Made by a program: the position numbers and the translations under genes
In this document: positions 35,620 through 45,117 of the stretch, in pieces
Layout: each line of letters opens with the position of its first letter
Position numbering within the stretch: the stretch's first letter is position 1
Virus record (IMG/VR): IMGVR_UViG_3300025018_000093
Reading direction: 5' to 3' (one strand)
Origin: a virus
Taxonomy: Duplodnaviria > Caudoviricetes
Length of the DNA stretch: 64,000 bases
The notes under the pieces: generated by a model
The model's database searches: none
Told to the model about the DNA's origin: nothing
The model's input: the letters and a program-made list of their open reading frames with translations, nothing else

Positions 35620-38277
35620 ATGGCTGTCATTGGAGCATGGAACAAACCAACGCAGTACTCCCTGACGGCGCGCTTTCCCAAGATGCCCTCTTGGGTGGAG
35701 GGCATCAGGAGCACGATCAACAATCTCATTGACTTCCTGCTGGGGGTTCTGGATTTAGCCCTAGCAGCTCTGGAGATTGTGAAGGCGTTTGCGATTGGGT
35801 TCCTAGACCCCATAAACGCTATCATCGATGCCATTCTTGCGGAGGTGGAACAGGTTCTGGAGAACTTGCGAAAAGCAGGTCTCTATTTGGCAGGAGACTG
35901 GTATCTAGCGCAGCCTCCCTTTGAGGATCTAAGGGGCGGGTTCGCGGCGTACAAGACGCGCATGACAGCTCGGTTTACGGACACCAAGGACCCCTCTAGG
36001 CCAGACCTTTCGGACCGTATCCCAGTCTTTGCAATGTTTCTCTATGCTTCTGTGGACTTTGCCGGTATCCACACGTTGGCTCAGTTTCTGTCGCAGTTGG
36101 TTGGGTTTCTAAACTTCAATCTGCGTAGCACGAAGACTCTCCAAACTCCAGTGGACATTCGCGCTCAGTACAGTAGCGTGGATGGATTTCTGGGCGTCTT
36201 CGAGAACTTGGCAGAGACCTTTGTTCGTGCAGGGCAGGCAGTCAACACGCAGGACATTACAGGGGGTGAGGCACTCACGCTGAGTTCTTTCTCCTCGGCT
36301 CAGGTGCCGGATGTTGCGCAGCTTACCTGGAAGTTGGGGGGTGCTCCCAAGAAGCGTCCTTCGTTGGGTCTTCCGGGACCTCCCCCGGCAGGGTTCCTCA
36401 TTGAGGTTTCGACAATTCGAGAAGGTCTCCAGGTGTTTTATGACAGACCCTTGCCGAACTCCGCCAAGGTGGAGGGAGGATCTGGGACGGTGCAAGACCG
36501 AGAGGTCGGGAGGGTGGTGACCCCAGAGGGTGTGCCGTTGGTTCTTTACGGGGGGGCAGACCAAGTAGAGTTAGATGGCATTGGCTACAACGACAGCATG
36601 AAGGATTTGGGGCAGGTCAAGGATGGAGCCCCTCGTGTGTTTGCGTTGCGCAGTGCTGCTGACAATGTCCCCATTCCCCTGGAGCTGCTGAAGTTTGGTA
36701 GCGTGGACTTGCTTCAGAAGACGTTTTTCGTTTCTGTGCTGGACATTTTTGGAGCGATGGTAGCGCTGTTCAACCCAGACTACTTCCAGGAGGCGACCTA
36801 TACCAAAAACCTCCGCTTCGATGAAATGCCCTACAATGTGGACTTCGAGATCGGTAGCGATGGTAAAGTGGAAGCTAAGAATCCCCAACGCCCGCAGACG
36901 TTCTATGCGCGGATCTCCACGGTCTCCAGTAACATCACTCGCAAGGATGACTTCCGTTATAAACTCCGCGATGCGACCGCAGATAACCCTGGGAAGCCAC
37001 TGCAGGCGGAGTACAGCACCATCCAGCTGAATGAGGGAGCGGGGGTACAGGGGAGTCGCGGAGACCGAAGTGAGCCTTCTACTGTCTTGGAGATCACATT
37101 CCCCTCGGACAGTGCCAAGGTCTATTTGCAGCAGCTCACAGCTGCCTTAGCAGTCTTGGCTTTGAGTCGAGCGGACTTGGAAGTGGGCGAGGAAGACACG
37201 CAGCTAACTTTCCGGAGCGGAAAGGCGAAAACGGCGACAGGACTGGAACCCTTTGCGAAGCTGATTCCCAGCATCCTCCTGGCAACCAACCCTAACGACT
37301 TCTACGACTTGGCGGACGAGGACACCGAATCTTCCGATGTCCTGACGTTCCGGCAGTCTCTCTTGAAGGGATGCTCCAGGGTGGCGGCAGACCTTTACCG
37401 CAAGATGGGTGCGCAGCCCGGAGCCGAGAGTGAGCTGTTCCAGGGAGCTTCCTCCCTGCTGACGTTCAAGTGGTCCGATGCCATCAATATGGATGACAAC
37501 GTCAACTCGTATGACGAGACGATCCTGGGGTCTTTGTCAGACTACACCACTGTCCCCGGACTGGCTCGGAATCCAGAGTGCGCAGGGCAAAAGCTCCGTC
37601 GTGGGATCATGTTGCGAAATGTTGGGCGGAAAGTCACGGTGAAGAGCAGGGAGCCTGGGTTCTACTCACAGACTTTGGGTGAACTGTCTACCGCGAGCTT
37701 GAACTTTGGCGGCATCACGATGGGGTCTGCGGATCGCTCCCCCTCGTTGTCTGTGAGCGCCCGTGATGGGTCCACCCACATTTACTTTGTGCGGAACATC
37801 ATTCCCCCGGAGGTCTACGCGGCAGCTTCCCAGGTGCTGTCCTTTGCCTCTGGCCCCGCGCTGCGTCCTGCTGAGGATGGTGCGTGGCTCTCCCTTCGAT
37901 TTGGGCAACTTATCCCAGGGTTTGATCTTCTATTGGACATGATAGTTAACTGGGTCCGCTCTCTACAGCTTGGGGCTTCCTCCATTGTGGATGCTATCCT
38001 GGCATACATTGACTTCCTAGAGAGTCGTGTCTTGGAGCTTCAGGCGTTGCTTCGTCGGTTGGATGCAATCGTGCAAGGCCTCATCCCCATTAGGCTCCCT
38101 CCGGTGGGTGCCTTGTTTCTGGTTGGGAAGGGAACGACTGACATCCTGAGCCAGTTCCTGAGCGCTGCGGAGGCTCCTCAAGATCCGGCAACCTCCTATG
38201 GTGGGGGTGCTGTTCTTCTTGCTGTGGGAGCCCCTGAGTTCCTCATCAACCTCTTCATGGAGATGTTTGCGCTATGA
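35620..38277 (+). CDS. Hypothetical virion/baseplate protein with amphipathic helical N- and C-terminal segments
   Basis: 885-aa ORF tightly coupled to its neighbours. Confidence 0.75.
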   Translation: MAVIGAWNKPTQYSLTARFPKMPSWVEGIRSTINNLIDFLLGVLDLALAALEIVKAFAIGFLDPINAIIDAILAEVEQVLENLRKAGLYLAGDWYLAQPPFEDLRGGFAAYKTRMTARFTDTKDPSRPDLSDRIPVFAMFLYASVDFAGIHTLAQFLSQLVGFLNFNLRSTKTLQTPVDIRAQYSSVDGFLGVFENLAETFVRAGQAVNTQDITGGEALTLSSFSSAQVPDVAQLTWKLGGAPKKRPSLGLPGPPPAGFLIEVSTIREGLQVFYDRPLPNSAKVEGGSGTVQDREVGRVVTPEGVPLVLYGGADQVELDGIGYNDSMKDLGQVKDGAPRVFALRSAADNVPIPLELLKFGSVDLLQKTFFVSVLDIFGAMVALFNPDYFQEATYTKNLRFDEMPYNVDFEIGSDGKVEAKNPQRPQTFYARISTVSSNITRKDDFRYKLRDATADNPGKPLQAEYSTIQLNEGAGVQGSRGDRSEPSTVLEITFPSDSAKVYLQQLTAALAVLALSRADLEVGEEDTQLTFRSGKAKTATGLEPFAKLIPSILLATNPNDFYDLADEDTESSDVLTFRQSLLKGCSRVAADLYRKMGAQPGAESELFQGASSLLTFKWSDAINMDDNVNSYDETILGSLSDYTTVPGLARNPECAGQKLRRGIMLRNVGRKVTVKSREPGFYSQTLGELSTASLNFGGITMGSADRSPSLSVSARDGSTHIYFVRNIIPPEVYAAASQVLSFASGPALRPAEDGAWLSLRFGQLIPGFDLLLDMIVNWVRSLQLGASSIVDAILAYIDFLESRVLELQALLRRLDAIVQGLIPIRLPPVGALFLVGKGTTDILSQFLSAAEAPQDPATSYGGGAVLLAVGAPEFLINLFMEMFAL

Positions 38278-39143
38278 GCTTCGGTTGGATGGGGACATTC
38301 CGGCAGGGTGCCTGGAGGGCCTTTCGGTCCTTTGTTTTGCAAGAGCGTCAGGACGTGGGTCGACGTTTGTCTGTGATTCGGGCGGAGCTTCGGCGGATTG
38401 GGAGCATCACCGTTATCTACCAACAGACGCAAGATGAGACCACAGGGGAACTTCGAGTCACGGAACAGCGTCTTGGGTTCAGTGTCACCCGGAACTCTTC
38501 CCTAGAGCGACTGGTGCAAGCCTATGTGGCTCTCGGGGGGAATCCTTTCGATGTATCCCACTTCTTCATCCCAGACCGAGCCGTGGCCGTCTCGGAGAAT
38601 GCAGAGGGGTTCACGACAACAGGGCATGAGTACCCCTGGGGTGGTGTAGCGTACCCTATGACAGCGGAGCCCAACGAGCCGGAGAACTCCTGGGGTTCCT
38701 ACCCGGGAGGGTACATTCCGCTACGCAAGTACCTTCCCGGTCGCATTGGCGGTCGAAAGGACATTGATGCGGATGCGGAAGCGGTTGTCAACTTCATCAC
38801 GGCGCTCCGCAAACCTGTACTCCAAGAGATACGCCGAAAGCGAAACGATATTGAGGCTTGCATCATCAAGCTGTGTGACTTGCGAGAGCAGCTAACCCAG
38901 GAGCAGTCTGCGATCCTTGTGCAGGCTTTCGGTGGGCTTTCTGATAGCAGTATCGGATTTGATGAGGCTCGTTTCGCTCATGTGCTGCGTGTTCCGCGTA
39001 TCACGCAATTGCTAGATGAAATCTTCTTCTCTGTGGACTCCGATGGGGTGGTCGACTTCGAGACAACAAACACCACGGAGATCGCGAAGTACAGCAACCT
39101 GCTGCAGGATATTCTACCCGATGAAGCGAACACGGCTCTCTGA
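38274..39143 (+). CDS. Hypothetical protein (289 aa)
   Basis: ATGA overlap with the upstream gene. C-terminal coiled-coil-like segment. Confidence 0.7.
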   Translation: MSFGWMGTFRQGAWRAFRSFVLQERQDVGRRLSVIRAELRRIGSITVIYQQTQDETTGELRVTEQRLGFSVTRNSSLERLVQAYVALGGNPFDVSHFFIPDRAVAVSENAEGFTTTGHEYPWGGVAYPMTAEPNEPENSWGSYPGGYIPLRKYLPGRIGGRKDIDADAEAVVNFITALRKPVLQEIRRKRNDIEACIIKLCDLREQLTQEQSAILVQAFGGLSDSSIGFDEARFAHVLRVPRITQLLDEIFFSVDSDGVVDFETTNTTEIAKYSNLLQDILPDEANTAL

Positions 39144-39150
39144 TTCTGGC

Positions 39151-39164
39151 CTATCCCTTCTATA
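39151..39164 (+). promoter_or_regulatory. Recurrent intergenic motif, copy 3, upstream of the gp25-like gene
   Basis: CTATCCCTTCTATA; 13/14 identical to 62879-62892. Confidence 0.5.
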
Positions 39165-39241
39165 GTCTTTCTACACAGGGACAGGAAAGGCGCTTCCAAG
39201 GGATCACGGGAGCGACCTCTGAATCAAGGCTGTAGACCATC

Positions 39242-40315
39242 ATGTCGAAGGATATCCAGCTTGCACATAGATGCCCGCACCTAACCGTGGAGGAGAGAGT
39301 CTTCCTGCACACGGATCGCCGTTCGCTTCCTACCCGGCAACCTGTGGGGGCGGATTCTTCTGTTCGCATCCTCGCAAACAACGACATTGTGATCCCCCGC
39401 TATGGCCTATACAACCAAGCGCAGCTCTTTGGTTCCCTCTCGGGTCCCTTCCATATCATCTCGAATGAGGCGGAACTGTCTGTACAATCTGGTACGGAGT
39501 TTCTCTCGGTACAACTTCCGACAGGTTCTCGTGTCGAGACCGATGTGGTCGTGAAGGCTTTGAACACGGCTTCCGAGGCTATCCTGGCGGAGAACTCGGG
39601 TGGTCACATCGTGCTTACCGAGACCGCGAGCATGGGGCGGGATTCCTCACTGTATGTGAGTGGGTCCGCAGCTTCTTCGCTAGGATTTGCTCTGCAGCCT
39701 CGGGATCGCGGGCGCCAGGTGTACCCCGGGTGGAGTTTGGCTAGACGCCCAGATCCGGTGATGGATAACCGTTTCCCTCGCTTTGATGCCCCTGTGCAGC
39801 AGAGCCCTGTCTTCAAGGTCACGTACACTGTCCCAAAGCGCAGATGCTTACGATGCGGTGGGGCTCAGGTGGAGAATGACTACCGATTTGATAGTCAGGG
39901 CCTTGTACTGGTTGTCGAGAACGAGAACCTTCTTCACCAAGCAGCGCTCAAGATTCTGCTTACCGGGAAGGGAAGCAATCCCTTCCACAAGTGGTATGGG
40001 ACGACGTTACGGTCGCGAATCGGGGCTAAGGCGATTGGCGTTGTGGCGGGTCTCATCAACGAGGATGTACGACGCGCCTTGGAGTCCATGCAGAGATTGC
40101 AAGTTTCGCAGTCAAAGTACCAGAGTGTTTCGTACAAGGAACGCCTGGCAAGCATCCAGTCTGTCAGGACGTACCCTTTGGATACGGATCCCACGGCGTT
40201 CATGATCGAGGTTCTTGTGGTCAACGCTTCTCGTGAACCCGTGAACGTTACCACTGTTTTCACAGTGCCAGATGTCATCACGCTGGATGGCGATGGCTTC
40301 GGTCAGAGAGGGTAG
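39242..40315 (+). CDS. Baseplate wedge / sheath initiator, gp25 (GPW)-like with N-terminal extension
   Basis: C-terminal 'ENENLLHQAALKILLTGKGSNPFHKWYGTTLRSRIG...KERLASIQSV' is gp25-like. It precedes the J-like gene. Confidence 0.75.
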   Translation: MSKDIQLAHRCPHLTVEERVFLHTDRRSLPTRQPVGADSSVRILANNDIVIPRYGLYNQAQLFGSLSGPFHIISNEAELSVQSGTEFLSVQLPTGSRVETDVVVKALNTASEAILAENSGGHIVLTETASMGRDSSLYVSGSAASSLGFALQPRDRGRQVYPGWSLARRPDPVMDNRFPRFDAPVQQSPVFKVTYTVPKRRCLRCGGAQVENDYRFDSQGLVLVVENENLLHQAALKILLTGKGSNPFHKWYGTTLRSRIGAKAIGVVAGLINEDVRRALESMQRLQVSQSKYQSVSYKERLASIQSVRTYPLDTDPTAFMIEVLVVNASREPVNVTTVFTVPDVITLDGDGFGQRG

Positions 40316-40316
40316 A

Positions 40317-43300
40317 ATGGCCACTGCTCCTAAATTCCTCGGACCAGATGGGGAACTTCGTGAGAAATTGACCTTCTCGACTGGCATCCCCACTCGTTTC
40401 TTCATGGGGGAGATAGCGGACAACACCGTGGACCTCCAGGTTGCCATTCGGGGAGGGTCCTACACGAGTGATCCCGACTTTGTGGTGTTCGAGGGGACGC
40501 AATTCACGATACCAAACCCCACGTCATACCCGGAGGGGTTGGATCTGGTCGCGGGAGACAATGCGATATCCATTAGGGCTATCGATACTGCGGGGTCTGT
40601 TTCGGCGCCTGCTCTTGCAGTTGCTCGCCTGGTCCAGGAAAGCTCTCTTGGGCTTCTGGTGCAGGCACCCACAGCCATCGTGATAGAGCGCCTGGACAAC
40701 ACCGTGCGCATCACCGTGGAGGGTATCGACAACAGCACGTTCCGTGGCATCAATTTCTACGCCTCTGTTTCTCCTGGTGGGGGCACCTCCGGGTACTACC
40801 CGATCAATGTGCGTCTCGTCACGGACTACGAGTCCACGGAGTTTGTGGCTAAGCTCGCGTCCCTCGGAGTGGATTCTGACATTGCCTTGGGTCCAGATGA
40901 GGCCCCTGCAGCGGACCCTCTGTATTTTCGAGTTTTCGCCACACAAGAGGACCAGAATGCTGTGGTTCTCCAGACGGACTTCAACGAACGTCTGGGTCTC
41001 GATGAGACGGTGCGAAAGCTACGCACGGAGATGACGGTAAGTAGCGTTCGCTCGGTGAAGCTGTTTCACTTTGAGCACAACCGTCTCGGCTCCCCTGAGG
41101 ACACCCCTGCAACGCTTCCACGTAGTGAGTTCTCCGCACTGCCTACGACGGATCCCTTGTACTATGTGGCAAAGGCGGTGTTCTACGATCCCATCGGGCA
41201 GTTGGAAGTGGAGTCCACAGGATTCTCCCCGGAGGTGCTTGGGTCTCCTTTGCAGGTGAGCACGGGGCTTGGTGGTTTGCCGGTAGTGAGTCGAGACCGG
41301 ATCAGTCAGCAGCTTGAACTGTCCATATTCAGGTCCCAGCCAGACCTGAATATCCAACCGGGTTCCGTCATCCGAGACACGTTCATCGACCCAGGGTCCG
41401 CAGAGTTGGCCCGTGTTCGTTTCCTGGTGGACTTCATCCATCGTGCACAGAGTTTCCCGGACTTGCTCAGGATCGATGATCCCGCTCTTTCAGGTTCGAG
41501 TGTCCCTGTCTCCCAGAGTAGCTACAAACTCAATCTCAAGCAGGCACTACAACTGGTTCAAGACGCGGACGTGCAGTCGGTCATTGACCAGGCGTTTGAG
41601 AAGTTGGCTTCTCGTCTTGGGAAGCAACGCCTCCAGGGGTACAAGTCTCGTGGGGAGGTTACCTTCTACACGACCCGGCGCCCCACGGCCACAATTCCGA
41701 TACCCATCGGGTCTGTGGTTTCAGGGGGTAGCCTCCGATATCGCACAATTGAGGCGGCTTCAATTACCCTGGAAAACATTGCCACCTTCTACAGTGGGAC
41801 CACGGGACGTTACTCGGTTCGTGTTTCCGTCCAGGCTGAGAACCCAGGTTCTGCAGGGAATATCAGCGCAAACCAGATTCGGGCAATTGTGAGTGGCCCC
41901 TCAGGCTTGAGCGTGGTCAACGAGTCCCGGACTTTTGGCGGAACGGACAGAGAGTCCAACCGGGACTTGGCTGTACGAACACAGAATGCGTTGGCTTCCG
42001 TGGATACGAGTACAGAAGCGGGTCTCATCCAGATGGCTTCCGGTGTTCCAGGGGTGAGCGAGATTCGAGTTGTCCCTTCGGGGTCCGACTACATGCAGCG
42101 GGACTTTGACGCCTCCGCCAACATTCATCGGGGTGGAAAGGTAGACATCTGGGTGCGAGGTACTCAGGTGAACACCGTCACGGATGCCTTTGCTTTCTCC
42201 TTCCAAATCGAGAACGACGTTCTCTTCGAGGTTGTCGGAGACCCGCTCGACCTTCGTTTCAAAGCACTAAGCACGAGTTTGTCCCCCACGAACCCTATCA
42301 TCCAGATGCTGGACATTCCCAGTCGTGGTATGGGGTTCCGAAACGACACCTCGGGAACCGACTTCAATCTGACGGGGGTCACAATAGAGGATTACAATCT
42401 CATTGTGCTGGACACGGCGATCCCCCAGCCTTCCGTGTCGTTGACCGATATTGTGCGAGGGGACATTCGATTCCGCGATAGCGACAAGTACGTGTTTCCC
42501 CGTCAGCCTGTCACTCGCATTAATTTCCTGCGCGGTGGTGTGACGGGGTCTGTGGATTCAGCGGCCTACACTCTGCAGCGGTTGGCGGATCCCCTGGTAT
42601 TGGGGAGAAGCACAATGGCCGGAAACTATTTGCAGATCACGGACACGCAGTCCGGCATCACAATTCCCTCTGGAAGTCCTGTTGTCATCACAGGGGAGAG
42701 TCACGTACTCATTGGGGAGACCATCGAGTACCTCAACAATCTTGGCATCAACCTGTTGACAATTCGTGTCTTCAACTCCAGTCGTACTATCGAGTACAAC
42801 GGTCCTTTCGACTCTTCTGGAGCGGTGGACTACACCATCTTGGATGGCGACCAGGAAAGCCCTGTTGCCATTGTCCGCACGGAGACGGGAAGCATCGCTA
42901 CAGGACAGGAAGTGTTGGTCGACTATGATCACGATGAGAACTTCGTGGTCAGCTACGATTCGAACTTCCTTGTGACCGCAGTGCAGGGGGACGTTGACAA
43001 TTTCCGCAGTATGACAGCGGACATTCTGGCCAAGGAGAGTGTCATTAACTCCGTCAACATTTCTGCGACGGTCGTCCTCAGCCGAGGCCAGCGTCCAGAT
43101 ACGGTAGACAGTGCTATTCGTACGAACCTTGAGAACTACATGCGGGGACTTGGGATGAAAGATCCCCTTCGACCTTCCGATGTAGTGGGCGTGATCGAGG
43201 GCACAGTCGGCGTCAGTTTTGTCATTCTCCCCATGACGAAGATGGTACGAAACACGGGTGACCTGATCATCCGGGAGGCTCTGGTGTCAGACCAGACTGT

Positions 43301-43772
43301 GGACTACCAGGTAGTCCCTGCTTGGTCCACAGAGTCTGTGAACGTCTATCTGTTACGGGATGCGCTGAGCAATGCCACCCTCGACGGCGGCGGGTCTGCA
43401 TCGGACTTTCGCGGTGTCTTTCAAGATGACTTGGAGCTGGAGCTTCAAGTGGTGCAGCCGAGTGTTGTCGGAAATGCCCCAGGAAGAGCTTACATCATAG
43501 GGGACGATGGGCTGGTGATTCCCGGTATCAGCGATGATGCCACATTGATCGCGCAAGGTTACGTCACCAGTGCTGCCATCACAGCACAGCGTGAAGTGCT
43601 CACGGCCAACCATATCTTGATCAGTTTGACGCAAGGGGAGACACCTCTTTTGTACAACTACTCCGTGACCTACCTGGTAGGCTACGACTCCGGGGTGAAG
43701 CGGATTGAGGCGGGGACAATGGAGTCTCTTTCACTAGGGACTTTGACGTTCACCTATGATGAGGATCGCTGA
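40317..43772 (+). CDS. Baseplate J-like wedge protein
   Basis: 'LNIQPGSVIRDTFIDP', 'VQAENPGSAGNISANQI', 'VVNESRTFGGTDRESNRDLAVR' and 'GGKVDIWVRG' are baseplate-J-type motifs. ATG 40317 chosen over the track start 40272, which overlaps the upstream gene. Confidence 0.85.
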   Translation: MATAPKFLGPDGELREKLTFSTGIPTRFFMGEIADNTVDLQVAIRGGSYTSDPDFVVFEGTQFTIPNPTSYPEGLDLVAGDNAISIRAIDTAGSVSAPALAVARLVQESSLGLLVQAPTAIVIERLDNTVRITVEGIDNSTFRGINFYASVSPGGGTSGYYPINVRLVTDYESTEFVAKLASLGVDSDIALGPDEAPAADPLYFRVFATQEDQNAVVLQTDFNERLGLDETVRKLRTEMTVSSVRSVKLFHFEHNRLGSPEDTPATLPRSEFSALPTTDPLYYVAKAVFYDPIGQLEVESTGFSPEVLGSPLQVSTGLGGLPVVSRDRISQQLELSIFRSQPDLNIQPGSVIRDTFIDPGSAELARVRFLVDFIHRAQSFPDLLRIDDPALSGSSVPVSQSSYKLNLKQALQLVQDADVQSVIDQAFEKLASRLGKQRLQGYKSRGEVTFYTTRRPTATIPIPIGSVVSGGSLRYRTIEAASITLENIATFYSGTTGRYSVRVSVQAENPGSAGNISANQIRAIVSGPSGLSVVNESRTFGGTDRESNRDLAVRTQNALASVDTSTEAGLIQMASGVPGVSEIRVVPSGSDYMQRDFDASANIHRGGKVDIWVRGTQVNTVTDAFAFSFQIENDVLFEVVGDPLDLRFKALSTSLSPTNPIIQMLDIPSRGMGFRNDTSGTDFNLTGVTIEDYNLIVLDTAIPQPSVSLTDIVRGDIRFRDSDKYVFPRQPVTRINFLRGGVTGSVDSAAYTLQRLADPLVLGRSTMAGNYLQITDTQSGITIPSGSPVVITGESHVLIGETIEYLNNLGINLLTIRVFNSSRTIEYNGPFDSSGAVDYTILDGDQESPVAIVRTETGSIATGQEVLVDYDHDENFVVSYDSNFLVTAVQGDVDNFRSMTADILAKESVINSVNISATVVLSRGQRPDTVDSAIRTNLENYMRGLGMKDPLRPSDVVGVIEGTVGVSFVILPMTKMVRNTGDLIIREALVSDQTVDYQVVPAWSTESVNVYLLRDALSNATLDGGGSASDFRGVFQDDLELELQVVQPSVVGNAPGRAYIIGDDGLVIPGISDDATLIAQGYVTSAAITAQREVLTANHILISLTQGETPLLYNYSVTYLVGYDSGVKRIEAGTMESLSLGTLTFTYDEDR

Positions 43773-45061
43773 TGTCCGATAAGAAGCTCTTCCCCGTAGC
43801 TCTCAATCAGAACCCAGCCCCTACCAAGCTGGAGGGGCAGGACTTCGAGCATAAGCATCGTGCGCAGGTTGAGAACATCCTAGGGGACTTCCTGCGTCTC
43901 TTGCCCGACAACTACATCGCTCAGATACCGGGTCCACACTACCTTCTTCAGTACCAGGCTTTTGCGGAAGCGATCTCTGAGGTTCAGATCACAGCTCAGG
44001 AAGTGTTTGAGGATGCGGACTTTGACTTCACTAGAAGCGAGTTCCTTTTTCAGATTTTGGGAGCTTTGGTCTTCCCCAGGGGAACTTCAGAAGGGATACC
44101 CACTCTGGAGGGAGACGCCACCTACAGAGACTTCCTGAAAGCAATGGTCCTTCTGCTCCTGCGGGGGGCTAAGCCTGATGTTGTGAAGGAAGGGATTGAG
44201 CTGCTCACAGATTCCCAGATTCAGATCATTGAGAAGGCTCTAGCCGCTAGAAACACCGAGGGGTCCATCTGGGGATTTGATGAGCAATTCGAGTTCGAGG
44301 TTAATGTCCTAACCAATGGTGGCACCGCCTTCCCCGCAGAGGACCCTTTTGTCCTCCAGGAGAATGTGCGGTTTGTGTTGCAAGCTCTGAAGCCTGCGCA
44401 TACCATTTACGAGTACCGACACCTTTTTCTGGACTCCTTCGGAAGTGTGTTTGAAGACACACCTCTTTGGGACATTTCCCAGTATTTCTATGACGACTTC
44501 CGTCGTTACTGTGGTGGTGCCAAGAGCATTACGGGGGATGCCGGGAAGACCTTGACTGATCTTCGTCTATTCTCGGATGTCACTCGTGTGTTCGATTCTG
44601 TGCTTCCAGGAGCAAAGTTGGTCATTGAGTCCGGGGTGAACGTTGGGGTTTACCGCGTGGAGGAAGTCCTTGGCCTTCCTGTGGGAACAGATGCAACCCC
44701 ACGCAGCTACACCACCTCCCCGACGGGTCTCCGTGGTACGTTGACCGTTGTAGATGACGATCTTGAAGATGCCTCCCAGGATTGGAGTTTGGCAGAAGAG
44801 GGTGAGGTCATCACTATCAACTCAGGTCCCAACTCAGGAAACTACCGTTTGGGGATCGTTTTAGGGTTGAATGGTGGACCTGTGGGCTTCGCGACAGGTC
44901 CGGAAACGAAAGTTCGTGTGTCCCGGAGTTTGCTCCGGCTGACGAAGCGTATGGCCTATGTGACAAGCGGGCAGTCCTACACCGTTGAAGTGGACTACTT
45001 GGGGGTCAAGGAACCGAGAACCGTGTCGAGCGAAGATGCTTCGGCACTTTTCTATTTATGA
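43772..45061 (+). CDS. Baseplate wedge protein (P2 gpI/Mu gp48-like position)
   Basis: Directly after J with TGATG coupling. 'YRDFLKAMVLLLLRGA' and 'QALKPAHT' pattern. Confidence 0.65.
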   Translation: MSDKKLFPVALNQNPAPTKLEGQDFEHKHRAQVENILGDFLRLLPDNYIAQIPGPHYLLQYQAFAEAISEVQITAQEVFEDADFDFTRSEFLFQILGALVFPRGTSEGIPTLEGDATYRDFLKAMVLLLLRGAKPDVVKEGIELLTDSQIQIIEKALAARNTEGSIWGFDEQFEFEVNVLTNGGTAFPAEDPFVLQENVRFVLQALKPAHTIYEYRHLFLDSFGSVFEDTPLWDISQYFYDDFRRYCGGAKSITGDAGKTLTDLRLFSDVTRVFDSVLPGAKLVIESGVNVGVYRVEEVLGLPVGTDATPRSYTTSPTGLRGTLTVVDDDLEDASQDWSLAEEGEVITINSGPNSGNYRLGIVLGLNGGPVGFATGPETKVRVSRSLLRLTKRMAYVTSGQSYTVEVDYLGVKEPRTVSSEDASALFYL

Positions 45062-45117
45062 GAGCAGCCAGGGGAGAGATGTTCCTCAGGCGTCGTTCCA
45101 GAGTATGAGAGGGCAAG

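Noticed and set aside
40272-40316. Track start of the J-like gene
   Set aside because: It overlaps the gp25-like gene by 44 nt; ATG 40317 just after that stop is more plausible.
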